From Pseudomonas phage HPP-Temi, in the sequence record PP968062.1: a stretch of 64,000 bases of DNA; one strand, given 5' to 3'. The notes beneath the pieces were generated by a model. The model saw only the letters and a list, made by a program, of their open reading frames with translations. It was not told the DNA's origin and ran no database searches. The position numbers and the translations under genes are program-made. Position 1 is the stretch's first letter; the number at the start of each line of letters is the position of its first letter. Shown here one piece after another: positions 36,392 through 45,276 of this stretch.

Positions 36392-37215
36392 TTAGGATTC
36401 CCATGGATAAGCTGGAACGTGTCGAACTTGTATTGATCAACGAAGTACCATGCGAGTTCACTCAGCTTAAAGATATCCGGACGTTCGTATTCACCGAAGT
36501 CGGGTTTCTCTTTAGCCAAATGGAAATCGATGAAACGGTCCAATACAGGACAACGATCGATCAAGTCTTGTTCAGTGGAACCTACCTTACAGTTGACCAG
36601 TTCCTGAATACGTTTGTACAGGGTAGGATCAGACAGAATCGGTAGGAGTTCATGGAATACCATCGGTGGATGTTCACGACTAGTCTCAACCCACAATGCT
36701 GCTAACAGTGGACGGAGAGCATAGAAGTATTTCTTCATGCGGACTTTCTCATCCGACAGCCAACGCATCTTGGTTTGCTTGGCCATGGAGATATAGTGCA
36801 TGAAGCTCGATTCGGGAATGAAGTGCTTGATAGCGTAATCACGAATCAGTTTGTAATCCCACTCGATCTTACGGTAAACGATCGGGGAGTTCAACCATTC
36901 CAACAGAGTCGGGTTAGACTTGTAAGCCAGTTGAAGTGTCTTGGTGATACTCCAACCAGCCAGATCGAGTTCCTTGGAAACCATCTCTTCGATGGTGTCA
37001 CGACCTTCGTTATCAACCCGGACATAATGGCTCGGATGGTTAACGTAGATGAAGCGAACATCGTAGTCGCTATTAGTAGAAGCGAAACCCCAACCACGAC
37101 TACCGGACTCACAGGCGTAAATGATCTTTACACCATACTTCTGTTCGATACGAGTTAACTCGGCGTCTATAACTGCACGCATCTCATCACTAACAGGGTG
37201 ACGTGGATCCATCAT
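36388..37215 (-). CDS. pol-beta superfamily nucleotidyltransferase, RlaP-like (RNA-repair-associated family)
   Basis: YACESGSRGWGFASTNSDYDVRF = GS(x9-10)D.D NTase motif; 275 aa. Confidence 0.6.
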   Translation of the reverse strand: MMDPRHPVSDEMRAVIDAELTRIEQKYGVKIIYACESGSRGWGFASTNSDYDVRFIYVNHPSHYVRVDNEGRDTIEEMVSKELDLAGWSITKTLQLAYKSNPTLLEWLNSPIVYRKIEWDYKLIRDYAIKHFIPESSFMHYISMAKQTKMRWLSDEKVRMKKYFYALRPLLAALWVETSREHPPMVFHELLPILSDPTLYKRIQELVNCKVGSTEQDLIDRCPVLDRFIDFHLAKEKPDFGEYERPDIFKLSELAWYFVDQYKFDTFQLIHGNPK

Positions 37216-37619
37216 TTACCTACCTTTTCAAGTTTGAGTTTCTCTTCATTGCCCGTGTCCAAATACATGAACATCGAATTTCCCAGTAGGTTGTAATACA
37301 TCCAACCTTCCTTAACCACTTGATCGCCATACGTCAGAGGAATGTTCAATTCGTAAATGGCGTCATAAGGGATGACTACAGGATCTTTGTCAGGCTTGTT
37401 GAGGATGAGTGCATCGTCAGTAAGCTCAAGCCATTGCTTACGACTGATGACCCCAAGACCGATACTGAATTCGCTACCTGGGTCTTTCCCATTGAAAATA
37501 CCACAACGGACAGCAGGGTCAACGCGGTCACCAGCGATACAGATTTTCAACGGTTCGGGATTCACACCCATGAGTTCAACAACCAGTTCCAGTTGACGCT
37601 TGAGTTCAATCTTGTTCAC
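37212..37619 (-). CDS. hypothetical protein 135 aa
   Basis: ORF track. Confidence 0.6.
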   Translation of the reverse strand: MNKIELKRQLELVVELMGVNPEPLKICIAGDRVDPAVRCGIFNGKDPGSEFSIGLGVISRKQWLELTDDALILNKPDKDPVVIPYDAIYELNIPLTYGDQVVKEGWMYYNLLGNSMFMYLDTGNEEKLKLEKVGK

Positions 37620-38224
37620 AGTGTAAATTCCTTCGTGTTGTATTGACGTGCAGAGTCAGTCCACCATGTAGGTGTCTGTGCGTAGTAGTACTCACCAAAG
37701 ATACAAGTGGCTAAGGTTTTATCCAAAGCTTCCTGATAAGACAGCTCGCCATCTTTAGTAGCGAAGTGAACCATGTTGTTGAAGCAGGTGATAATGTCAG
37801 CGTTTTCTTTTGTGGAGAAAACAACAGTACCCTTGGCTCCCACTTCGGAATGGATCATCGAGCTCCACGGACGAACACCGCGATCAGTGACCAGATAGAT
37901 ATCTTGTACAGCTGATACGGAAAAGAACGTACGAAGAAGGTTGCTGTAATCGGGTAGGTCTTGCTCGAACAGAATATCGAGGATCTTACAGACCTTATCG
38001 ATCTTCTTCATTTTCTCGGTGTAACGTGCACCGCCATCATTCTCAGTGCAACCGATATTGAAGATGATACTGTAAATGGATTCCACAAGCTTACAGCATT
38101 TGTAGACGTACGGAGTTCCCTTTACTTTAGGAGTCCATACGAAAAGATTGCTCTTTCCTGGATTAGGTTGCTTGAACTGATGGATGCGGTACGGAATACC
38201 TTTTTCAAACAGCAAGAAGTCCAT
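37616..38224 (-). CDS. hypothetical protein ~203 aa
   Basis: ORF track 37616..38383 trimmed (5' part translates a terminator hairpin); ATG with GGAGAA RBS. Confidence 0.55.
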   Translation of the reverse strand: MDFLLFEKGIPYRIHQFKQPNPGKSNLFVWTPKVKGTPYVYKCCKLVESIYSIIFNIGCTENDGGARYTEKMKKIDKVCKILDILFEQDLPDYSNLLRTFFSVSAVQDIYLVTDRGVRPWSSMIHSEVGAKGTVVFSTKENADIITCFNNMVHFATKDGELSYQEALDKTLATCIFGEYYYAQTPTWWTDSARQYNTKEFTL

Positions 38225-38252
38225 TATTTTCTCCAAAGGAAATAAGGAAATA

Positions 38253-38274
38253 AAGCCTCCCCGAAGGGAGGCTT
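38253..38274 (-). terminator. terminator AAGCCUCCC-UUCG-GGGAGGCUU
   Basis: 9-bp stem with CGAA loop, TTTATTTCC flank. Confidence 0.7.
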
Positions 38275-38282
38275 TTATGTTG

Positions 38283-38543
38283 CTAACGATGCCCTTCGTG
38301 AGTATCGAACTCCAGATCCAATACCACGTTGGTGAATTCCTCCAGCGTACCTTCATCGAAGATACGAGGTTCACTGTCGTCACGATGCATCATACCGACA
38401 GGAGTCTGGTCCCGAAACACCATTAACAAGTCGTGTTTTACCACGACATGGTGATCTTCCCCTACGGAAAGATCTTGGATACGCTGCCAGCGGCTGCGCA
38501 GTAAGCTGCAAGCGACCCATACGGATTTCAAACGTTCAGCCAT
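38283..38543 (-). CDS. hypothetical protein 86 aa
   Basis: ORF track. Confidence 0.55.
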   Translation of the reverse strand: MAERLKSVWVACSLLRSRWQRIQDLSVGEDHHVVVKHDLLMVFRDQTPVGMMHRDDSEPRIFDEGTLEEFTNVVLDLEFDTHEGHR

Positions 38544-38574
38544 TGTATTGCCCTCTTGGTTATTGAATTCATGT

Positions 38575-38606
38575 TGGTGATATAGGGCTAAGATACGTTA
38601 GAATAT
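38575..38606 (-). promoter_or_regulatory. promoter-like element, family B variant (TATCTTAGCCCTATATCACC)
   Basis: follows a terminator, precedes the gene at 38543. Confidence 0.35.
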
Positions 38607-38608
38607 AA

Positions 38609-38626
38609 AGCCTCCCCGAAGGGAGG
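38609..38626 (-). terminator. terminator GCCUCCC-UUCG-GGGAGGC
   Basis: perfect 7-bp stem with CGAA loop, TTTATATTC flank. Confidence 0.65.
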
Positions 38627-38634
38627 CGTTTATG

Positions 38635-40068
38635 TTAAACAGCAACTTTACCAGCAATGTGCGGATGGAACTGGTAATCCAGGATCTCGTAATCTTCACG
38701 AGTAATATCCAGGAACGGCTTACCTTTGGCCTCAGGCTTGAAGCGGATGGTAGGAGTAGGATAAGTATTGCGGGAACGTTGCAGTGTAACTTGTTCTTCA
38801 TGGTTACTGTAGATATGGCAATCGCCACCAGTCCAGATGAACTCTTCTGCTACCATGTTAAACTGATTCGCCAACTGATGAGTCATCAACGAATAGAACG
38901 TGATGTTGAACGGATTCCCAAGGAAGTTATCGGAAGATCTTTGATAGAGCTGACAGCTGATCCCACGGGAAGGAGCTTTATGCTCATCCAACCAAGCTAC
39001 TACAGCCTCATCAGTAGCGGCCGCATCACCACGCCAAATCCTCAGATGGGCTTTGACTTGTTCTGCGTTACCGAACGGAGGTTGACCACGAGTAGTTCCA
39101 CCACTGTGTTGGTCGTGATAAGCATCCTCTTCGAATTGGCTTTGATCCAGAGCCTGCACTCTTTCGTCTACGGTCAGCTTACGAGTCCAGAACTGAATGA
39201 AGGCATGACACGGAGGCAATGCTTGATCTTCAACCAGACGAGGATCCCAGGCGCAGATGATAAGACGACGACTATCTGGGTTATGTTTAAGTTGCCACAG
39301 AAGTTCTTGAACCTGATCCACACGGCGACGGATAACACATTCATCTTTCGTGTAGTCTTCGCCAGGTACGTCAACTACGAACTTAAAGCCGCGCTTCTCG
39401 TAATTAGCCCAGTCTACTTTAGGAATGATACGAACATCATCGATATCACGCCAGGTTTTACCATAGACCGGACCAAGATCACCGCCAACTAAACGGAAGG
39501 CAGACAACAGACCATCGCTGTCTTTAATCACGATCTTTGCATCACCGATGACAATACGATATACACGTAGAGCCATTCCATAGTAGTCGAATGCATCGGG
39601 ACCAGGACCGAAACGACTTACATCGGCCCACGTCTTCAGATTAATTAGAAGTAGTGCCGGTTTGTCCTGTTCAGGATCAATCCACTTCCAATCGATATCA
39701 CCGATCTCATTGCTGAAATGCATCTCAAACGGAATGTTCTTGAACTTCTTCTGAACAGCTGTAGTCAGCCATTCGTCGGAAACGCGTTCGAATACTTCGG
39801 TACCCGGTTTAACCCATTCGTTCCAGATGGTGACGTTCTTGCTCAGGAGATATTCTAGGCGAGTGTCACCAGACTTCATCCAGTTGAGTTCTTCTTCAAC
39901 GGAAGGCAAGTGGATCTTCTTGGTGGTTACTACCGGAAGGTTTCCGTTACGGAGATCATAACGGAACTGCCTACCGAACAGAGAGGTCGTACCAGTGCCG
40001 GTACGATCCCCTTTGAATACACCGTACTTCTGTGTATCTTCCAGTAACTGTAGGTATTGATGCATCAA
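38635..40068 (-). CDS. thyA: thymidylate synthase (ThyA)-family enzyme with three large insertions (477 aa vs ~265-290 typical); dUMP-specific (Asn retained)
   Basis: GDRTGTGT, DLGPVYGKTWR, NPDSRRLIICAWDP, PPCHAFIQF, SCQLYQRSSDNFLGNPFN, WTGGDCHIYSNH all collinear with E. coli ThyA. Confidence 0.8.
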   Translation of the reverse strand: MMHQYLQLLEDTQKYGVFKGDRTGTGTTSLFGRQFRYDLRNGNLPVVTTKKIHLPSVEEELNWMKSGDTRLEYLLSKNVTIWNEWVKPGTEVFERVSDEWLTTAVQKKFKNIPFEMHFSNEIGDIDWKWIDPEQDKPALLLINLKTWADVSRFGPGPDAFDYYGMALRVYRIVIGDAKIVIKDSDGLLSAFRLVGGDLGPVYGKTWRDIDDVRIIPKVDWANYEKRGFKFVVDVPGEDYTKDECVIRRRVDQVQELLWQLKHNPDSRRLIICAWDPRLVEDQALPPCHAFIQFWTRKLTVDERVQALDQSQFEEDAYHDQHSGGTTRGQPPFGNAEQVKAHLRIWRGDAAATDEAVVAWLDEHKAPSRGISCQLYQRSSDNFLGNPFNITFYSLMTHQLANQFNMVAEEFIWTGGDCHIYSNHEEQVTLQRSRNTYPTPTIRFKPEAKGKPFLDITREDYEILDYQFHPHIAGKVAV

Positions 40069-40403
40069 ACACCCCCGTCGTTAGAGGCTACTACCAGATC
40101 ACCCGGAAGACCCAGAGCTTTATGAGTGGCTGCTTCAACAGCTTTCAAGAGAGTCTCCATGTTGTTGGTAGGATGTCCGAGGTGAGGGTCAGTGAGGAAA
40201 CCGATCTCGAACTTTTGGGGTACCTGATCGATAGCTCCGAAATCTACATCGGGACTATTAACCGGATAACCGAGATGGATACCTTTGATCACTTTACGGT
40301 CATGACCGATAGCAATGAAATCCATAGTGGCGCGGTTATGGACTACTGCCCAGGCACCAGTGGATTGCAGTAGGTTACGAGTTACGATTTCAGAAATTGC
40401 CAT
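40065..40403 (-). CDS. hypothetical protein 112 aa
   Basis: ORF track; ATGA overlap. Confidence 0.55.
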   Translation of the reverse strand: MAISEIVTRNLLQSTGAWAVVHNRATMDFIAIGHDRKVIKGIHLGYPVNSPDVDFGAIDQVPQKFEIGFLTDPHLGHPTNNMETLLKAVEAATHKALGLPGDLVVASNDGGV

Positions 40404-40788
40404 CTTCTACCACCTTCATGAACTTTGCGGTTACTTGGAGAACGATACCAGATTCGGCTCGGTCAGTGTCGCCATCGGATACGTAATGGATCTTACCGGC
40501 GTCTACCCAAACACGGGCGCCGTTAAGAGGGAAACCATCGGTAGCCATGTAATGGACTTCAGTGAAATCACCAACACTGTTCTCAGTGCGGGCTACACCC
40601 ATCAGGTGATCAACACCCATACTGGGAAGACCCATACCAGCGTTGTCGAAAGCCTTCACTTCAGTGAGACCCGTGATGTAATAACCACGACCGAGTGCAA
40701 CGGACATCTCGTAGTTATTAAAGGGAGTCAGGATATACCTGACTTCGTTGTCTTGAGGAAGCTTGATTGCATTACCCATTTTAAGCAC
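40390..40788 (-). CDS. hypothetical protein 132 aa
   Basis: ORF track. Confidence 0.55.
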   Translation of the reverse strand: MLKMGNAIKLPQDNEVRYILTPFNNYEMSVALGRGYYITGLTEVKAFDNAGMGLPSMGVDHLMGVARTENSVGDFTEVHYMATDGFPLNGARVWVDAGKIHYVSDGDTDRAESGIVLQVTAKFMKVVEDGNF

Positions 40789-41086
40789 CTTTGAATTTTA
40801 CAGCTTGGCCACTGAAAATGAATTCGTAGTTATCGGCATGCTTCCGTTCAGTCAGAAGCCGCGCCGAGTTACTGAATTCATCGTATTTAACAACAGCGAT
40901 GATCATGTTGTTACGTTTGTCGTAATACTGGATGGTGTTGTCATCGGTCTCGATGGAACCGAGATCAATAACTTCCTCACCATGTTTGATGGAAGTCAAT
41001 GCACGACGAACAGGAGTAACGCCGAAGTCGACTTTGTATTTAGCCAACGCATCGTCTGCGGTGCTTTCAACTACGTAACTAATCAT
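40781..41086 (-). CDS. hypothetical protein 101 aa
   Basis: ORF track. Confidence 0.55.
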   Translation of the reverse strand: MISYVVESTADDALAKYKVDFGVTPVRRALTSIKHGEEVIDLGSIETDDNTIQYYDKRNNMIIAVVKYDEFSNSARLLTERKHADNYEFIFSGQAVKFKGA

Positions 41087-41349
41087 TTCTTTACCTCAGG
41101 GTCGTAGGACTTGGGAATACCAGCTGCCTCGTAGAAGTGATCCCAATAGGGACTTTCATCGCGACGATGCATATTGAAATTCTGGTAATCCGTACAGATG
41201 ACATTAAAGCCATTAGCTGTAACCTCAATCACCGGCATGTTACCAGTGTGAGTATTGTCGATGATGAAGTTGATGTTGTTGTTTTGCTTATACTTCAGAT
41301 CGAATTCCCGCTTACGTTCAGCAGGACTGTAACTAACCAAGGAAGCCAT
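41083..41349 (-). CDS. hypothetical protein 88 aa
   Basis: ORF track. Confidence 0.55.
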   Translation of the reverse strand: MASLVSYSPAERKREFDLKYKQNNNINFIIDNTHTGNMPVIEVTANGFNVICTDYQNFNMHRRDESPYWDHFYEAAGIPKSYDPEVKK

Positions 41350-41351
41350 GT

Positions 41352-42101
41352 TTATTCCTCAAGACGGAGTTTCCAGAACCCGCCTTCCTCTTTCCACGTT
41401 TCACGAATAGCGTTGTCAGTACGTTGGCCGTCCTTAAACAGCTTCTCTACATTGGACGGGTGAGTATAGTTGTACAACGCAATTGCGAATTGAGCTACGG
41501 CTACACGAGCTGGAATAACACCAGTACCCGTACCCATCAGACAGCCGAGTACACGGAAGGAGTTTTTCTTACCGTACCATTCACAGCCAGCAATGCCGTC
41601 CAGGGCTGCCTTAGAGGCCAGATAAGGAACATCTGAACCTTTGGGTAACCTACGAGGAACACGCATTGTAGGAGTGTACAAGAGCGTTGCAGTGATGCCA
41701 TTAAGCTTAGTGAACTGTACGCATGCACAAACACCTACGTTTAGTTCACCGTTGTGGAAACGATTGATATCGTGTACCACGTTCTTCTGCATGTTTACAA
41801 AACGAGCAGCCAGTGCTCCGTCATAACCACCGGTCATATGCCCGTACGAGTTACCCGCAGTCATGTAGTAGTCGAAGTCATCCGCGATGTCTTCAAGATC
41901 ATCAAGGGAACCATGGAATACTTTTAGATCATGTCCAAGGTCCTTGACGAAATCGGAAATGGCGATGAGCTCTTGGAACTCTTCATAGCTGGGGGTGCAA
42001 AATACGAACTCCAATGGTTTTCGTCCGACATCCGACAAACTAAGAGTAATGCCGTCGGCAATCTCTTTGTGGATACGGGACATTACGAGTGGAGATGTCA
42101 T
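41352..42101 (-). CDS. macro-domain protein (ADP-ribose / Appr-1''-p binding or hydrolase)
   Basis: YMTAGNSYGHMTGGYDGALA resembles macro signature N-A-A-N-x-x-L-x-G-G-G-V-D-G-A-I. Confidence 0.55.
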   Translation of the reverse strand: MTSPLVMSRIHKEIADGITLSLSDVGRKPLEFVFCTPSYEEFQELIAISDFVKDLGHDLKVFHGSLDDLEDIADDFDYYMTAGNSYGHMTGGYDGALAARFVNMQKNVVHDINRFHNGELNVGVCACVQFTKLNGITATLLYTPTMRVPRRLPKGSDVPYLASKAALDGIAGCEWYGKKNSFRVLGCLMGTGTGVIPARVAVAQFAIALYNYTHPSNVEKLFKDGQRTDNAIRETWKEEGGFWKLRLEE

Positions 42102-42132
42102 TTTTATACCTCACGACAAAAAGAAAATAGAT

Positions 42133-42152
42133 GGAGCTCCCGAAGGAGCCCC
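42133..42152 (-). terminator. weaker stem-loop with CGAA loop followed by U-rich tract
   Basis: GCTCC-CGAA-GGAGC core; ATCTATTTTCTTTTTG on minus strand. Confidence 0.5.
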
Positions 42153-42185
42153 GGTGCGCTGACCTTTACGATCAACTACATAATA

Positions 42186-42434
42186 TTACAGTGAAACACA
42201 CGACATTTCGCGACGAATGTTTTTACTACTGAACTTGTATTCTAGGACTACGCCAGATTGGGTGCGAGTAACTTTAACCTCGGTTCCGTTTGCCGCAGCC
42301 GTATCTTGGATAGCACCTACTGCTTTCCAGCAGGAATCGATGCTTTCCATTTTGGTAGCGGTTTCAGAAGCGCCTCCAGCGTAGACACCGGAGACGATAG
42401 TGCTGCTGAGTAGAAGTGCACCTGCAAGACTCAT
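42186..42434 (-). CDS. small secreted protein 82 aa
   Basis: signal peptide MSLAGALLLSSTIVSGVYA. Confidence 0.55.
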   Translation of the reverse strand: MSLAGALLLSSTIVSGVYAGGASETATKMESIDSCWKAVGAIQDTAAANGTEVKVTRTQSGVVLEYKFSSKNIRREMSCVSL

Positions 42435-43231
42435 TATTTCTTACCTCCTTTAATTACGGTGAGCTTCGGCTTACCTTTATAACGAGATGGGCCAACATTG
42501 ATCGGCGTACCCGGAAGATCGCCAAAGTCGAGAAGGGGTTTATCAACAACCTTCAACTCGGGAGCCTTCTTAGTCGGACTAACTTCCACGCCAGGTTGGT
42601 TAGCAATGAAATCTTCAGCTTCTTCCAGCTCTTTTAGTTTCCGAGTATTTGAACGTTCGGAAACATAAGACAAGAACTGCGAGAACATATCGTCGTCATT
42701 GCTAACCATGTGCTGTACATGTTCGAGCGCTTTCTCTACAGGAACGTCAGTAATTCCCTTCTCTGCCAACCAAGCCATTACATCAACGATATCGATACTT
42801 ACAGTGCCAGGGGCACCATTGGCAATATCACGGAAGGGATGGACATACGTCGGATTCTCCGCATCAAACAGAATCCGATCGACATTAGGGAACGGAGAGA
42901 ATACGCTTGCATTCTCAGAGATCTGTACATTAACACCAATGAAAGAATGCCACGGTAGATGCAGACGGGTAGGCATACCCGAGAAAGCAATCTCACCATA
43001 GAAGCAATCGCCCGAATAATCAATGTGACGGCAAGCATTTACCGACAGATTGAGAACGATGGTACCATTAGTGGCGTTGAAATCTTTCGAACGCATCATG
43101 ATTTTACGGAGCGGTTCAGCCAGATAGCCAACATCGATAACACAATCGAAACGATACATGTTGTTATCGGCGTTCCAGCTGTAATACGCTTCGATCAGTT
43201 TTTGGTTCAGAGCGGAAGTAAGCTTGAGCAT
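42434..43231 (-). CDS. hypothetical protein 265 aa with Lys-rich C-terminus
   Basis: ORF track. Confidence 0.6.
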   Translation of the reverse strand: MLKLTSALNQKLIEAYYSWNADNNMYRFDCVIDVGYLAEPLRKIMMRSKDFNATNGTIVLNLSVNACRHIDYSGDCFYGEIAFSGMPTRLHLPWHSFIGVNVQISENASVFSPFPNVDRILFDAENPTYVHPFRDIANGAPGTVSIDIVDVMAWLAEKGITDVPVEKALEHVQHMVSNDDDMFSQFLSYVSERSNTRKLKELEEAEDFIANQPGVEVSPTKKAPELKVVDKPLLDFGDLPGTPINVGPSRYKGKPKLTVIKGGKK

Positions 43232-43245
43232 TTTGAGTCTCCAGA

Positions 43246-43680
43246 TTAAGGGAATCGTTCAGCGATAGTGGTGATCAGTTTCTTCTCTTTATTAAAGGAA
43301 GACATGTGATCCCGGTATTTCTTGAAGTAACCCACATCTTCAGGGCCAGTTGCCAATTTGGGATTGGCCGAGAGGATATGATGGATCTGGGTACCCGTAT
43401 AGACACTGATAGTCCAGGTCTTGGATTCCGAGATGATTTTCTTTACAGCAGTTTCTGATTCTTCGCTATCCTCAATGAGGTAAGCATCGATCGATTGTCC
43501 AACAGCTCGACTGAATTCATCGAGTGCACTCAGATCACCTTTAGGGAGACCAGCGTGCATTTCTTTGAGTTCTTTCAGAGTCTTTGGCACTACACCCGGA
43601 ACCCAACGATTGGTGATAACACCGTTATCATCGAGCTCATGTCGAGGATGCAGTTCACCGGGTTTTTGAAATGGGTACAT
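43246..43680 (-). CDS. hypothetical protein 144 aa
   Basis: ORF track. Confidence 0.6.
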   Translation of the reverse strand: MYPFQKPGELHPRHELDDNGVITNRWVPGVVPKTLKELKEMHAGLPKGDLSALDEFSRAVGQSIDAYLIEDSEESETAVKKIISESKTWTISVYTGTQIHHILSANPKLATGPEDVGYFKKYRDHMSSFNKEKKLITTIAERFP

Positions 43681-43687
43681 AGCAACC

Positions 43688-44221
43688 TCAGCTGAAGAAG
43701 GACTTTACACCACTCCACAGACGGGAGTACCACGGAACCTTATGTTTATCGACAACAATTTCGCTATGGTAACGATTCGTACCACCCGGTTCACGGAGAT
43801 CTTTCAACCATTGTTCTTCGGAACCGACGTAACCATTCTCAACGGCCAACTGATAAGCGGATTTATGGTCGACAGCCGCCGCTTGTTCTTGCAGTTGACC
43901 AGTTGGGTAGCTAACTGGGTAAAGGTCTTCGCGATCCAAGCGTTCGAACACGTCGTTAATTAACAAAGTGATATCGAGATCGAGCTTTTCCAGATCTTTG
44001 TCGAAATCAGATGCATCGCGATGAATGACTGGTGCCTCAGGAGTTACCCGTGGACGGCCATTGAAAGAGAAGCAATCGTAACGACAGCTTACTCGATTGA
44101 ATACTTCGCTGAACAGGAGTAGTCCCCGGCAACGCTGAGCTTGCAGAGCTACCAAGCGTTGTTTCTTCAGTTCCTTATAGAACTGCCAATTAGTAAAAGA
44201 CTCAGCCGATATAAAAGACAC
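43688..44221 (-). CDS. hypothetical protein 177 aa
   Basis: ORF track. Confidence 0.6.
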   Translation of the reverse strand: MSFISAESFTNWQFYKELKKQRLVALQAQRCRGLLLFSEVFNRVSCRYDCFSFNGRPRVTPEAPVIHRDASDFDKDLEKLDLDITLLINDVFERLDREDLYPVSYPTGQLQEQAAAVDHKSAYQLAVENGYVGSEEQWLKDLREPGGTNRYHSEIVVDKHKVPWYSRLWSGVKSFFS

Positions 44222-44255
44222 TGTATTTTCCTCGTTGGTGTTGGTATGGCTTCAA

Positions 44256-44294
44256 ACACATGATGTAGATCTGAGATATTTTTTAGCGTATGCT
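44256..44294 (-). promoter_or_regulatory. promoter-like element family B
   Basis: minus strand reads GCTAAAAAATATCTCAGATCTACATCATGTG after a terminator. Confidence 0.45.
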
Positions 44295-44315
44295 AAAAAA
44301 GAAAGACGACATAAA

Positions 44316-44335
44316 GCCCTCCCCGAAGGGAGGGC
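44316..44335 (-). terminator. terminator GCCCUCCC-UUCG-GGGAGGGC
   Basis: perfect 8-bp stem with CGAA loop, TTTATGTCGTCTTTCTTTTTT flank. Confidence 0.75.
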
Positions 44336-44346
44336 CAAATGTACCA

Positions 44347-44718
44347 TTACCTAATCACGACCATTTTGCCGTAATCTTCAGACATGCATGAATCAAACGA
44401 TGCCATGTATGCGTCTCGCGGACTATCTTTACTGACGTAGATATCACGAACGTCTTGGATAGCTTTGGGCAGGATTTTGTAAAGAACGTTATCTTTGTCC
44501 TTCACACCGTATCCCTTTAGGGCAGAGAGGTTCTGTTTCCATTTTGCGATGGGTTCAGAACGGCCGCGGGCTTCTGCGGTAGCATGGGCAGCTAGTGCCA
44601 GTGCTTCACAGTAAACCTCATCGACACGCACCTCTGTTGTAGCTTTAGCTTGCAGCGGAACCATTAAGGCTACCACTACAACCATCAGCCGCATTACGTG
44701 TGTTAAACATTGCATCAC
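44347..44718 (-). CDS. secreted protein 123 aa, distant paralog of the lipoprotein at 22721..23077
   Basis: signal peptide; shared C...D.R.I..S...D.......SC pattern. Confidence 0.55.
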   Translation of the reverse strand: MMQCLTHVMRLMVVVVALMVPLQAKATTEVRVDEVYCEALALAAHATAEARGRSEPIAKWKQNLSALKGYGVKDKDNVLYKILPKAIQDVRDIYVSKDSPRDAYMASFDSCMSEDYGKMVVIR

Positions 44719-44773
44719 GTTGGTACCTTTGGTTGTTAGGTCAGAATATAATACACTGTAGCGTATCTTATCC

Positions 44774-45268
44774 TTACTTAGGATGGGCTTCGTTCACATC
44801 GATAAGAACTATGGAATACACCTTAGTCCCTTCAGGAGTTCCATCGGTAGCGAACTCAATGAACGTATTTTCATCCCCGAATACAACCCCGGAGTTATTA
44901 CTCTCGAAATATTCTTTAACATGAGCAACCATCGAATGGATGGCATGATCAGTTAGAATACCTCGACCATTAGTCCCGTAGAGTTGACTCACCGTTTCAT
45001 AAACGATGTGGCCAGGATCACTGTAACCAGCTACATCGGCAGTAACCATGAACTTGATTTGTTCAGGACTTACCTTAGCTTCGGAATTGACCCACTCGCA
45101 ATTGCTGTTGAACCATTCAACGAACTGAGTATACAACTGAGTACCCTTCTCGATAGAGATGGTATTAGCCTCAGTGTGTTGTTGCATGAAAGCGATCAGT
45201 TTGTGATACTGAATGACAGCAGAACTGAACGTGTGACCATACGAAAAATGGCTCTTTGTCACGGTCAT
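44774..45268 (-). CDS. hypothetical protein 164 aa
   Basis: ORF track; AGGAGAG RBS. Confidence 0.6.
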   Translation of the reverse strand: MTVTKSHFSYGHTFSSAVIQYHKLIAFMQQHTEANTISIEKGTQLYTQFVEWFNSNCEWVNSEAKVSPEQIKFMVTADVAGYSDPGHIVYETVSQLYGTNGRGILTDHAIHSMVAHVKEYFESNNSGVVFGDENTFIEFATDGTPEGTKVYSIVLIDVNEAHPK

Positions 45269-45276
45269 AGGCTCTC

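Noticed and set aside
38900-39700. Considered inteins or a group I intron to explain the oversized ThyA
   Set aside because: Single uninterrupted ORF, so not an intron. The inserts lack intein splice-junction residues (Cys/Ser at start, His-Asn at end) and homing-endonuclease motifs.
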